A stretch of 64,000 nucleotides of DNA from an uncultured delta proteobacterium (GCA_963803435.1 CAWDML010000001.1:1760001-1824000), one strand, 5' to 3'; shown: positions 13,371 to 23,448, numbered from the stretch's first letter. Made by a program: numbers and translations. Notes: generated by a model not told the origin, from the letters alone.

Positions 13371-14417
13371 TCAGCCGTGCGACTTGTAGAGGATCGCGGT
13401 CTCGTCCTCTTCCTCGACGGCAGGCGCGCGGTTCGGCGGCGCCATCATCGCGGTGGCCCGGCCCACCGCCTCCTTGTACTCGGCCAGGATCTGGTCGAAC
13501 AGCTCGCGGACCGAGATCACGTCCTCGACCATCGAGGCGCCGGCGCCGGCGTAGAACAGGCCCTCCTGCAGGTTGCCCTCGTGGGCGGCCTTCTTGGCGC
13601 GACCGCGTCCGATGTACGCCCGGATCGCGTCATTGGGCTCGTTGGTCTGCTCCATCTCGAGGACCTTCTCGGTGACCGGCGACTTGAGCGCACGGCTGGG
13701 ATGGAACTTCTTCGAGAAGACGGGGACGTCCGTCTCGCCCGCCTCGAGCAGGAGCTTCTGGTAGATGCGGGGCGCATTGCTCTCGCGGGTGGCGAGGAAG
13801 CGCGTGCCCATCTGGATACCGTCGGCGCCCAGCGCGATCGCGGCCGCCATGCCGTAGCCGTCGACGATGCCCCCGGCGGCGATCAGCGGGACATCGACGT
13901 TCCGCGCGACGTTGGGGATGTTCGTGATCGCCGTGATGCCCTCGGGAGAGACGTGCCCGCCGGCCTCATGGCTCTCCAAGACGATGGCGTCGACGCCGCA
14001 GGCGATCGCGCGCTGGGCCAGCTTCAGGTTGGGGACCACGTGGACGCAGATGGCGCCCGCCTGCTTGATCCGCGGCGTCAGCAGCTTCGGCGAGCCGGCG
14101 GACATGAAGACGATCTGGACCCCGTGGGCCAGGCACATCTCCAGGTGGGCGGCGTAGTCGCCGAGCACCAGCGGGAAGTTCACCGCGAACGGTCGATCCG
14201 TGAGCTCGCGGGCGCGCACGACCTGGACCTCGAACTCCTCGACGCTCATGACGGACGCGCCGAGCACCCCGAGACCGCCCTCGTTCGAGACCGACGCCAC
14301 CAGCTCCGCCTCCGAGAGCCAGGCCATCGCGCCCTGGATGATCGGGTAGTCGATCCCGAGCAACCGCGTGATCGCCGTGTCGAAGGAGGGCCGCTTGGCA
14401 AAGTGGACGACGCTCAT
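13371..14417 (-). CDS. FabK enoyl-ACP reductase / nitronate monooxygenase family flavoprotein
   Basis: PIIQGAM, EAGGH, IAAGGI and MGTRF motifs; directly downstream of fabH. Confidence 0.88.
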   Translation of the reverse strand: MSVVHFAKRPSFDTAITRLLGIDYPIIQGAMAWLSEAELVASVSNEGGLGVLGASVMSVEEFEVQVVRARELTDRPFAVNFPLVLGDYAAHLEMCLAHGVQIVFMSAGSPKLLTPRIKQAGAICVHVVPNLKLAQRAIACGVDAIVLESHEAGGHVSPEGITAITNIPNVARNVDVPLIAAGGIVDGYGMAAAIALGADGIQMGTRFLATRESNAPRIYQKLLLEAGETDVPVFSKKFHPSRALKSPVTEKVLEMEQTNEPNDAIRAYIGRGRAKKAAHEGNLQEGLFYAGAGASMVEDVISVRELFDQILAEYKEAVGRATAMMAPPNRAPAVEEEDETAILYKSHG

Positions 14418-14432
14418 GAACTCACCCGTTAC

Positions 14433-15428
14433 CTACCATCGGATCAGATGGGCACCCCACGTCATCCCCGCGCCGATGGCGAGGAAGACGATCAGATCGT
14501 TCGGCTTGACGTGTCCGAGCCGCACCGACTCATCGAGCGTGATGAAAGCGCTGGCCGCCACCGTGTTCGCGTACTTCTCGATATTCGTGAAGGTCTTGGA
14601 CAGCGGCACACCGGTCCGCTCGAGGATGTGATAGAGGAGCCGCTTGTTCGCCTGGTGCGCAACCACGAAGTCGACGTCCTCCAGTCGATAGCCTCCTGCT
14701 TCCACCACCTCGTGGATCACCTTCGGCAGCACGTCGACGGCACAGTCCCAGACCGCGCGGCCCTTCATCTCGAGCTTCACGCTTCCGTTGGTGATCGCTT
14801 CAGGCGTGTACCAGGTCTTGGTCCCGCCGATGTACTGACCCACGAGCCCGGTCAGCGATCCGTCCGTCTTCAGGCGGCTCTCGAGGAATCCGCGGTGGCC
14901 GTCGGGTGACTTCGCCACCACCACCGCGCCCGCGCCATCGCCGAAGATGGGTGCGGTGGTCCGATCGCGCCAGTCGAGCGTCGTGCGGCTCACGATCTGT
15001 GTCCCGATCACCAGGATCTGGCGCGCCATCCCCGACTCGATCAGGCCGCGCGCCAGCATCGTGCCGCCGACCGCGCCGGCGCAGGCCATCTTGATGTCGA
15101 ACGCGAAACACTGGGTGTGCGCGATCCCGAGCTTCTCTTGAATGTAACAAGCCGTCGCCGGCACCGGGACGTCGCCCGTACCGACCGAGCAGATGATCCC
15201 GTCGATCGTGTCGCGATCGATCTGGGCCGCCTCGATCGCACGGAGGGCGGCGTGGACGGCGAGATCACTCGCCTGTTCGTCGGGCGCGGCGATCCTGCGC
15301 TCGTGAATCCCGAGCTTCTCGACGATGAAACCTTCTTCACAGCCGGGCGCGTTCCGGCAGACCTCCGCGTTCGTCATCACGCGCTCCGGTAGATAGGCCC
15401 CGGTTCCGGAGATATACGCGCGCGGCAT
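14433..15428 (-). CDS. fabH: 3-oxoacyl-ACP synthase III family
   Basis: MACAG (Cys), HQAN (His), ANTVAAS (Asn), FGDGAGA and GAGMTWG motifs. Confidence 0.9.
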   Translation of the reverse strand: MPRAYISGTGAYLPERVMTNAEVCRNAPGCEEGFIVEKLGIHERRIAAPDEQASDLAVHAALRAIEAAQIDRDTIDGIICSVGTGDVPVPATACYIQEKLGIAHTQCFAFDIKMACAGAVGGTMLARGLIESGMARQILVIGTQIVSRTTLDWRDRTTAPIFGDGAGAVVVAKSPDGHRGFLESRLKTDGSLTGLVGQYIGGTKTWYTPEAITNGSVKLEMKGRAVWDCAVDVLPKVIHEVVEAGGYRLEDVDFVVAHQANKRLLYHILERTGVPLSKTFTNIEKYANTVAASAFITLDESVRLGHVKPNDLIVFLAIGAGMTWGAHLIRW

Positions 15429-15516
15429 GCCTTCTCACGCTAAGGATTCGCGCCCTGGGAGGCTACTGGACGTGTGATGGACGGGACTTAGCCGCATGGG
15501 ACATCGAGAGCCCAGG

Positions 15517-15876
15517 TCACCGCCGGCGAGTAATCTCGACGCGTACAGTTCGCGCGCCCACCACCGCGCCGGGCTTCTCGACGCGCACAGTCACCTGACC
15601 GATGCGCGGATCGAGCTCGACCACGCCGCGGGCGATCTCCTCCGCCACCGACTCGATCAGGTCGTGGTGCCGAGTGCGAACCACTTCCCGACAAATCTCC
15701 GCCACCTGGTCGTAGTCGACGGTGGCCTCGAGGACGTCGACCGCCGCCGCCTGGCGCAGCCCCGCCACCTCCATCTCCACGTCGACCACGAGGCGCTGAT
15801 CGACGCCTTTTTCGTGGGGATAGACGCCTACGCCCCCCACCAGCTCCAGCCCCAAAACTGCGATACGGTCGTTCAT
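15517..15876 (-). CDS. folB: Dihydroneopterin aldolase
   Basis: GVYPHEK, QRLVVD, TVDY, LIES and VEKP motifs; 119 aa. Confidence 0.9.
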   Translation of the reverse strand: MNDRIAVLGLELVGGVGVYPHEKGVDQRLVVDVEMEVAGLRQAAAVDVLEATVDYDQVAEICREVVRTRHHDLIESVAEEIARGVVELDPRIGQVTVRVEKPGAVVGARTVRVEITRRR

Positions 15877-15981
15877 TGCCCCACCCGTACGTACTGGGCC
15901 CTACATATGCGGAATCATTGAAGTTTCCCGCAACTGTAACCGGCCGGCCGCGATAATGAGAGTCCTCAGGAGGGATCCACC

Positions 15982-18900
15982 ATGGCTGGGGAAACCGGAC
16001 TCACCCGTCAGACCGTTCGTCAAACCATCATCTCCAATCCGCAGGCGGCGGCCGAGCTGTATGCCCTCATCGCCGCGGAGCGTTCCACGACTGTCCAGAC
16101 GAAGTCTCTCGGGCAGTTCGAGGTGGACGGCCGGCGCCACGGGGTCTCCTACGAGAACCTCGACAGCCGAGACGTCGGCGCGCGGATGGCCGGCGACATC
16201 GAGATGGTCCCTGGGAACGTCTACACGATCGACGCCGGCGGTGAGATCGACAAGGGCGACCGCTACGTCGGGCCCGAGGATCGCCAGCTCAACCGCAGCG
16301 GGTCCCGCCTCCAGGTCGCCGTGGTCGACGAGAACGGTCGCGTCATCGACCGCCAGAACTACCGGCCCGGGATGCGAATCTCCACCGATCGCGAGGGCGC
16401 GCGCCTCGGCTTCGTCTTCGCCGACGGCGACCTGACCGACAACTCCGGTCGCTTCAACGTGAACGTTCGAGAGACCTCCACAATCGACGCGTCGACCGAC
16501 ATCTCGGTCCTCGCCACCGACGCCGACCGCATCGACCGCATCGCGAGGAGCGGCGTCGACTTCGACTCGGCGCCCGAGGCTGCCTTCCTCCCCAATCCCG
16601 ACGTTCGCCTCTCGCGCCCCTCCGCCAATCGCGGCCTCCAGGTCGACCGCGGCGACAACGCGGTCGAGACCACCGACGGCTATCGCTTCGAGTTCCGCGA
16701 CAACGAGGTCCGCATCGACTGGCCGGGACGCCACGACGACGGCGTCGCCGAGACCCGGATCCGCGGTCGCGACGTCCTCGAGGGCGACGGCACCACCTGG
16801 CAGGCCGAGGACGGCAACTACGTGCTCCCGAACGGCGCCATGTTCACGCTCGGGTACGACGACGACGGCAACATCAACAAGTTCACGCTGGTGCATGGCG
16901 ACAGCCGCGTCGACGTGGCCGGCATCGGCGAGGGCAATCCGCGGATCGGACGCGTGCGCGAGGGCGGCCTCGAGTACCGGCGCCGCGCGGTCGAGGACAA
17001 CTTCCAGGGCAGCACCTACCGGATGGGCGGGCGCAACGACGGCTGGTCGGACCTCGACATCAGCTGGAACCTCGAGCGCGGCGGCCAGAACGTCGGCCGG
17101 CTCGAGGACGACAACTGGATCCTGCGTGGCGCGCCCTACGAGGTGGACCCGCAGCTGAAGCCGACGTTCGGCACCCAGGACTACGAGCGCATGCTCCGCT
17201 CCGAGATCGAAGACGTGCGCTCCGCGCTCTCCGGCAACGCCCAGGCGCTCGGCGCCGAGCGGGACGTGGGGCGGCTGCTCGCCGACCACATCCTGGGATC
17301 CAGCGGTACCTACGATCAGTACGCCCAGGCGATGCAGGCCAGCGCCGACGCGCGCGATCCGTCGGGCTACTTCCAGCAGATGCTGGAGCAGATGTGGCTT
17401 CAGCAGATGCTCGGCGGCATCCCGGAATACTACGGCAACTTCGACAACGCGATGGGCGCGCTCCAGATGCTCCAGCAGCTGCTCGCCGCCCAGGCGGGGA
17501 TGCAGAACGAGTTCAGCGCCGCCCAGAACCCGGTGCAGACGTTCATCCCGGCGTACCAGCAGCAGGTCGACGCGGCCGCCCTGGTGGATCAGGTCCTCCG
17601 CGGCCTGGGTGAGCGGAGGAGCCGGAGCCCGCAGCGCAATCGGCTCGATCGCTTCGACGTGGGTCGGGATCGCCGGGCCCGCGGCACGTTCGACCACGAT
17701 CCGCGGGCGGCCCTGCTCCGCAACCGGATCAACCAGCAGGACTCGCGGCTGTCGAACCCGCGGGAGACCGTCGATCGCTTGAAGGACAAGCTCTCGTACG
17801 GCGTCTTCGACTGGGCGGTGACGGACGGTGAGGCGCACGACGTGATCTCCGAGCTGTCCCGAATGAACGATCGCGATCTGAGCGAGGTCGCCGAGCACCT
17901 CGGCCCCGACATGATCGATCGGCTGCTCGACAACCTCACCGACGAAGACAAGACGACGTTCCGGTCCACGCTCGATCGGCTGCGGGAGGTCCGCAACCTG
18001 CCGCGCACGACGCTCAGGGGCGCTGGCGAGAGCCCCGACGGCGTGGCCAGCGAGCTCACCGACACGCTGTCCTACGGCGCGTTCGACTGGGCGGTCACCG
18101 ACGGCGACGCGCGGAGCGTGATCGATCGGCTCAGCAAGTACGGTGAGGCCGACCTGGCGAAGATCATCGATCAGATGGGCCCCGACATGGTGACCCGCCT
18201 GCTCGACAACCTGAGCGACGCCGACAAGACGCAGTACCAGAGTACCGTCGATCGACTGACCGCGGCCCGGAACGATCGTCGCGAGAGCGTCACCGACATG
18301 CGCGGCACAGTCGACGAGCTCAAGGACAAGATGTCGTACGGCGCCTTCGACTGGGCGATCACGGACGGCGAGGCGCGGGAGACCATCGACCGGCTCAGCA
18401 AGATGGGGGCGCAAGATCTCCGTCAGGCCGTCGAACACATGGGCCCGGAGGCCCTGACGCGCCTGGAGGAGAACCTCAGCGACGCCGACAAGGAGACCTT
18501 CGCGCCGACGCTGCGCCGGATCCACGAGCTGCGGAACGCTCCGCGCTCGGAGCTGCGCGATCCGAACGAGGTGGCGGATCAGCTGAAGGACAAGCTGTCG
18601 TACGGCGTCTTCGACTGGGCGGTGACCGACGGCGAGGCCCGCGACGTCCTCGATCAGCTCAGCCGCTACGACCAGCGCGATCTGTCGAAGATCTTGGATC
18701 GGCTGGGACCGGACATGACGTCCCGCCTCCTCGACAACGTGACGGACGCGGACCGCAGGATCTACGGGGACACGATCGACCGTCTCAATGCGGCGCGCAA
18801 CCAGCCGCGCGAGCCCCTGGAGAACGCGCGGCAGGTGGTCTCGGACATCGAGAGCAAGCTCTCCTACGGCGCCTTCGACTGGGCCGTGACGGACGAAGAG

Positions 18901-19065
18901 GCCCGCGCGGTCGTGAGCCAGCTCTCGCGCTACGACCTCGGTGACCTGCGGCGGGTCGTCTCGATGATCGATCCGGATCTCCTGAACCGGATCGAGCCCA
19001 ATCTGACCGACGCGGACCGCCAGGCCTACGGAGCGACCCTGGATCGAATTCGACGCGTCCGATGA
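15982..19065 (+). CDS. 1027-aa hypothetical protein: lectin-like domain, DUF1521-like domain, Q/M-rich helices and five ~88-aa repeats
   Basis: AGGAGG RBS; LSYG[AV]FDWA[VI]TD repeats at 17788, 18064, 18328, 18592 and 18856. Confidence 0.85.
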   Translation: MAGETGLTRQTVRQTIISNPQAAAELYALIAAERSTTVQTKSLGQFEVDGRRHGVSYENLDSRDVGARMAGDIEMVPGNVYTIDAGGEIDKGDRYVGPEDRQLNRSGSRLQVAVVDENGRVIDRQNYRPGMRISTDREGARLGFVFADGDLTDNSGRFNVNVRETSTIDASTDISVLATDADRIDRIARSGVDFDSAPEAAFLPNPDVRLSRPSANRGLQVDRGDNAVETTDGYRFEFRDNEVRIDWPGRHDDGVAETRIRGRDVLEGDGTTWQAEDGNYVLPNGAMFTLGYDDDGNINKFTLVHGDSRVDVAGIGEGNPRIGRVREGGLEYRRRAVEDNFQGSTYRMGGRNDGWSDLDISWNLERGGQNVGRLEDDNWILRGAPYEVDPQLKPTFGTQDYERMLRSEIEDVRSALSGNAQALGAERDVGRLLADHILGSSGTYDQYAQAMQASADARDPSGYFQQMLEQMWLQQMLGGIPEYYGNFDNAMGALQMLQQLLAAQAGMQNEFSAAQNPVQTFIPAYQQQVDAAALVDQVLRGLGERRSRSPQRNRLDRFDVGRDRRARGTFDHDPRAALLRNRINQQDSRLSNPRETVDRLKDKLSYGVFDWAVTDGEAHDVISELSRMNDRDLSEVAEHLGPDMIDRLLDNLTDEDKTTFRSTLDRLREVRNLPRTTLRGAGESPDGVASELTDTLSYGAFDWAVTDGDARSVIDRLSKYGEADLAKIIDQMGPDMVTRLLDNLSDADKTQYQSTVDRLTAARNDRRESVTDMRGTVDELKDKMSYGAFDWAITDGEARETIDRLSKMGAQDLRQAVEHMGPEALTRLEENLSDADKETFAPTLRRIHELRNAPRSELRDPNEVADQLKDKLSYGVFDWAVTDGEARDVLDQLSRYDQRDLSKILDRLGPDMTSRLLDNVTDADRRIYGDTIDRLNAARNQPREPLENARQVVSDIESKLSYGAFDWAVTDEEARAVVSQLSRYDLGDLRRVVSMIDPDLLNRIEPNLTDADRQAYGATLDRIRRVR

Positions 19066-19102
19066 GGATGCGATAGGATTCGCCCCAGCGGTTGGGGCCC
19101 CC

Positions 19103-19945
19103 ATGACCACGAAAGACCCGAAGAAGCCGACGGCGAAGGAGAAGCTCGCCGAGCAACGCAAGATGAAGGCGGACCTGAGCGGCGCCCTGATGGCCGGCCG
19201 GCTCGCCGCCAAGACCGAAACCCGGGTCAAGGTCCCGGTCCAGGCCGAGATCGACCAGGCCGCGCCCAAGGCCAAGCGGGCGACGATCCCTCCCCCCATG
19301 AAGAAGAAGCCCGCTCCGGCGGCGGCCCGGCCTGCGCCTCGGCCCGCGCCGGGGAAGAAACAGAAGAGCGGGGTCAAGCGGGTCGCCTGGGATCCGAAGC
19401 GGCTCATGAAGTTCGTCGCCGGCGTGATCACGCTGGGTGAGCTCGAAGGGATCACCAAGGAGAAGCAATACGAGATGGCGAAGCTCGGCCATCGCTTCAT
19501 CCGACAGGGCAAGCTCAACGAGGCGAAGACGATCTTTGACGGCCTGGTCGCGCTGGATCCCCACGACGCCTACTTCCACCTGGCGCTCGGTTCGATCGCC
19601 CAGCGCGAGGACGACCTCGAGGGAGCGGAGGCCCGCTATACGCGCGCGCTCGAGATCAACCCGTTCTCACCGCACGCGCTGGCCAACCGCGGCGAGGTCC
19701 GCATGATGCGCGGCCAGATGCTCGACGGCGCCAAGGATCTGATGCACGCGCTCGAAGAGGATCCGGAGTGCCGGCAGGAGGCGACCAAGCGGGCACGCGC
19801 CACCATCGCAGTCGTGCTCCAGCAGCTCGAAGAGGCCGGCGCCGATGGCGCCGATCGAAGGAAGAAGCCGGCCGCCCGCCCCCGAACGGCACCGGCGCGA
19901 AAGCAGGTCCCCCGGCCCCGCACCCGGCCGGCACCGAAGAAGTAG
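19103..19945 (+). CDS. TPR protein, SycD/LcrH (T3SS class II chaperone)-like, with K/P/A-rich tails
   Basis: ITLGELEGITKEKQYEMAKLG...EAKTIFDGLVALDPHDAYFHLALG. Confidence 0.75.
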   Translation: MTTKDPKKPTAKEKLAEQRKMKADLSGALMAGRLAAKTETRVKVPVQAEIDQAAPKAKRATIPPPMKKKPAPAAARPAPRPAPGKKQKSGVKRVAWDPKRLMKFVAGVITLGELEGITKEKQYEMAKLGHRFIRQGKLNEAKTIFDGLVALDPHDAYFHLALGSIAQREDDLEGAEARYTRALEINPFSPHALANRGEVRMMRGQMLDGAKDLMHALEEDPECRQEATKRARATIAVVLQQLEEAGADGADRRKKPAARPRTAPARKQVPRPRTRPAPKK

Positions 19946-19950
19946 GCCCG

Positions 19951-20970
19951 CTATTCGACGGCTTCGTCCAGCAGGCGGCCGATGCGCTGGAAGGCGCGGG
20001 TGCGGCCGACCTGCATCAGGTGGCCGCCCGCGAAGGTCTCGAGCGGCGCCTCGAAGTGGTTCGCCAGCATCAACGCGTGATCGAGCGGCGTGATGGCGTC
20101 CGCCCGGCCGGCCACCACCAGGCGGCCCTTGCGGGGCACCTGGACGGGGCGCGTCAGCGGGCTGACCACGCGATACACGCGATCGACCAGCTCGTACTGC
20201 CTCCGCTTCTGGGCCACCGATCCGACGAAGCGTCCCCGGTCGCTGGCGAACCTCGCGATCGAGGCCAGCGGGATATACGGCACCACGAAGCGCAGCCGCG
20301 TCTCCACGGTGGCGAGCAGCGCGCTGGTGTACCCGCCGAGGCTCATCCCGATCATGCCCGCAGGACCGAGCTCGTGATCCTCGAGCCAGGAGATGAACCG
20401 CCGCAGATCGTGGATCGCCTGACGAAAGCCTTCGATGGTGACGCGCGGATCGGAGCCAGGGAAGTGAGGCTGGCTCAGCGGGCGGCCGCGCAGCCCGTGA
20501 AATGGCAAGGTGAAGAGCGCCGCGTTGAAGCCGCGATCGAGGAACCATTGGATCGGCCAGATCCGCTCCTCGACGAGGTACATGCCGCCGAGGTACCCGT
20601 GGAGGAGGATCGCCGTGCCTCTCGAGTCGCGCCGGGCGAGAAACAGACGGACCGCGCAGGTCATGTTGCGCTCGTGCGCCAGGTATTCGGCGCCGATGTC
20701 GTCGCTGAACGGCACGTAGTCGCTGGGGAAGCAGACGTCGAGAACGTGGTCCCGCACCGCGCGGAGCTGAGGATCGGCGGTGGGGGGCGCGCTAAAAAAC
20801 GTCCCGGGCGCCTCGAAGTAGCTCGGATCCGCGTACCCCTCCAGCATCTGCGTCAGGGCCAGGACGCGGGCCTCGGCGCCCAGGATGGCCTCGGCATCGG
20901 TCCGACCGCCGCGCTTCAGGACCGCGGTCGAAAAGACCCGATCGAAGGACGCGGCGAAGTAGTGGAGCAC
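19951..20970 (-). CDS. Alpha/beta hydrolase
   Basis: LLHGY, PFHG and GMSLGG nucleophile elbow; Asp in RADAI; His in GGH. Confidence 0.85.
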   Translation of the reverse strand: MLHYFAASFDRVFSTAVLKRGGRTDAEAILGAEARVLALTQMLEGYADPSYFEAPGTFFSAPPTADPQLRAVRDHVLDVCFPSDYVPFSDDIGAEYLAHERNMTCAVRLFLARRDSRGTAILLHGYLGGMYLVEERIWPIQWFLDRGFNAALFTLPFHGLRGRPLSQPHFPGSDPRVTIEGFRQAIHDLRRFISWLEDHELGPAGMIGMSLGGYTSALLATVETRLRFVVPYIPLASIARFASDRGRFVGSVAQKRRQYELVDRVYRVVSPLTRPVQVPRKGRLVVAGRADAITPLDHALMLANHFEAPLETFAGGHLMQVGRTRAFQRIGRLLDEAVE

Positions 20971-21507
20971 TCAGTGACGATAACCGGAGATCAGGTGCGA
21001 TGTGTTCCGCGCTACTCGCACACGCCCGCCTCGCGAAAGCTCTTCACCGTCCACCGGGTGCCACGCTTGTAGCAGACCGTCACGACGGTCCGATTCTTCG
21101 ACACGTTGAAGCTGAAGTCGGGGAGTTGGGCCGCGTCGCCGTCCTGGATCACCCTCCCCGGACAATCGAAGTCGTGGATGGAGATGGGATCGGTCCCGCT
21201 CCATCCGTCGCTGAGGATCCGAAGCTCCGCGAGGTCGCAGGCCGTTTGCTGCGCGAGGTGCTCGTCGGCATCGTGGGACGGGATGCGGTTGGACAGCTCC
21301 TCCTTGCGGGCCGAGAGGGCGTGCAAGTCGCGGCCGAACCAGACGCAAAAGGAGAGGAACGAGACGAGCGCGATCGACGAGACGGCGACGGCCACCGTGC
21401 TTGAGCCCGGCACCACCACCTGCTGAGCCTGGGCTAGGAGCGTGTAGCGCGTAGCGCTACCGCGAGCCCGGTCCGGGTCCCGGTCCGGGTCCCGGTCCCG
21501 ATGGCGA

Positions 21508-21875
21508 TCATGCAGCCCGGCGTGCGTTCATCGACTTGATGAGGCGCGTGAGCATCTCGACAACGCGCTTGAGCTTGGCTCTGGCGGCTTGGACCTTCTG
21601 CTCGTTGGCGAGTCGGCGCCTCAAGCAGGTGTGGAGTGAGGCGGCGCTTTCGGTGCCAGAGCGAAGTGCCATCCGGTAGAAGCCAGCCTTCTCAGGTGGA
21701 TTGAACTCTCCGGCGCCCTCGGCGGTGTTGTTCACGATGGATCGGATGCCCGCCGAAGCTGATCGCGGACGTGAGCGTGACCGGGTTGCAGTTCTTGTGC
21801 GATCTCTTCAGCGATGTCGGCATACTCGACGGCGAGCTGGTAGACCTCGAGCTTCTCGTGATCGAAAGTGACCAT
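21508..21875 (-). CDS. Four-helix-bundle protein (23S rRNA IVP / Avd-like), 122 aa; 1-nt frameshift near 21740 relative to copy 2
   Basis: FDHEKLEVYQLA...DQLRRAS-SIVNNTAEG...FYRMALRSGTE. Confidence 0.88.
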
Positions 21876-21921
21876 GCAAGCTAGCTTGCGGTAGCTCGTC
21901 CACTTTGACCAGCAGAAGTTC

Positions 21922-23098
21922 TTGGAGGTCGTTTCGTCTGGAATCGATCGTTGGGCGGATCGACTTCGACGCCTGGATTTGATCGAAGTCCTGAAGCTTT
22001 GCCAGAAAGCAGGTTTGGTGCGGCTCGGACACGTCGCACTCGATGGCTCGAAGGTGCAGGCGAACGCGAGCAAGCACAAGGCGATGACCTACGAGCGGAT
22101 GGCCGAGGAGGAGAAGCGGCTGTCTCTCGAGATCGAAGAACTGCTGGAGCGAGCGCGCACGATCGACCAAGAGGAAGACGAGCGGCTGGGCGTTGAAGAG
22201 ACTGAAGAGGACATCCCAGCGGAGCTCGCTCGCCGTGAATCCCGCCTTGCCCGCATTCGAGAAGCGAAGGCTGCGCTGGAACAGGATGCCGCCAGGGCTC
22301 GCGCGGAGAAATTGCGCAGGCAAGCCGAAGAGCAGCAGAGCAAAGCGGATGATGCTCTTGTGGATCGGGTGGAGCAGAAGCGAGCGAGAACTCGAGCCGA
22401 GAAGGCAAGAGCGCAGGCTGACCAGCTCGAACCATCCCCAGACCCAACTGAACGAAATGATGGATGGCCGCATCATCGCGTTCCTGCAAATGTGGACGGC
22501 ACACCGAGGCCCCACGCTCAGAGGAACTTCACCGACTCAGACAGCAGGATCATGTTGAAGGAGGGAGCGTACCTCCAGGCCTACAATGCCCAAGTTGTCG
22601 TAGATGAGCACGCTCAGGTGATTGTCGCCGAAGGGGTCAGCAACCAGGCACCTGATCAGCAACACCTCGTCCCGATGCTCCGTGATGTGTTCGGCAACTG
22701 CGGCGATGCTCCGCGGAAGATGACGGCAGACAACGGCTATCTGAGCGACCAACATCGAATTCTGCGACAACAATCAGATCGATGCCCACATCGCTGTTGG
22801 ACGCGAACAGAACCAAGACGCGTCGACTCCGTCCTCATCAGCTTCGGAGCCCACACCTGCCTCGCTCGCTCGCAAGCGAATGCGAGACAAGTTGCAAACG
22901 CGCGACGGCAAGGCGGTCTACGCCCGCAGGAAGAGTATCGTCGAACCGGCGCTCGGACAGATCAAAGCGGCACGAGGATTCCGCCGGTTCTCGCTACGCT
23001 CCTTCTTCAAGGTACGAGCCGAGGGGACGCTCGTCTGCCTCACCCACAACCTGCTCAAGCTCTACCGATCGAAGCTCGCGACCGTCGCGAGCGTCTGA
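21922..23098 (+). pseudogene. IS1182-family transposase, N-terminally truncated, frameshift near 22750
   Basis: ALDGSKVQANASKHKAM, NFTDSDSRIM, YNAQ, TADNGY and YARRKSIVEPALGQIK...HNLLKL motifs. Confidence 0.9.
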
Positions 23099-23448
23099 CT
23101 CAAGGCAGCCATCTTCAGATCGGGACCCGGACCGGGACCGGGACCCGGACCGGGGTCGCGTGAGCGCTTACGCGCTACACGCTCCTAGCTTGCGGGCGCG
23201 GAGGCCGTACACGATGCCCACGATCGAGATGGGGAAGCAGCACGTGACGGCACCGATCAGCGACCAGATGACGCCGTTTCTGGCGGCGCGCTCGATCTCG
23301 AGGCGGGACATTCCGTCTTGGATCGACTGGACCTTCTGCTGCTCGGTGGACACCGGCATCGCGCGCCCGCAGTACTCGCAGGCGGCCCGGTCAACCTGAT
23401 TGGCGCCACAGGACGGACACTTCATCGGCAGCTCCTCGTATCGTGCCG

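Larger units (their letters stand above)
21438..23184. mobile_element. IS1182-derived element, copy 1 (1747 bp), carrying a four-helix-bundle gene
   Basis: CTAG duplicated at 21434 and 23185; imperfect TIRs 21438-21502 and 23119-23184 starting GAGCGTGTAGCGCGT; lower GC; a second copy is in the window. Confidence 0.95.
21012..23425 (-). pseudogene. Zn-ribbon membrane protein (~220 aa) split by the IS-derived element
   Basis: Removing the element and one CTAG joins ...GLRARKL to AQAQQVVVPGSS... in frame; CPSC...CEYC N-terminus and TM segments. Confidence 0.9.

Noticed and set aside
12629-15428. Secondary-metabolite cluster around fabH/fabK/SDR
   Set aside because: No ACP, PKS or tailoring genes; consistent with ordinary lipid metabolism
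15901-19518. Long antisense ORFs (also 62088-63968, 56595-59006, 7299-9266 and others)
   Set aside because: High-GC shadows of well-supported genes on the opposite strand
21508-21875. Diversity-generating retroelement suggested by the Avd-like gene and the nearby FGE-domain gene
   Set aside because: No reverse transcriptase or TR/VR pair seen; differences between the copies are not adenine-specific
21922-23098. Autonomous transposase or programmed frameshift
   Set aside because: The N-terminal region is missing and I see no slippery sequence near 22750
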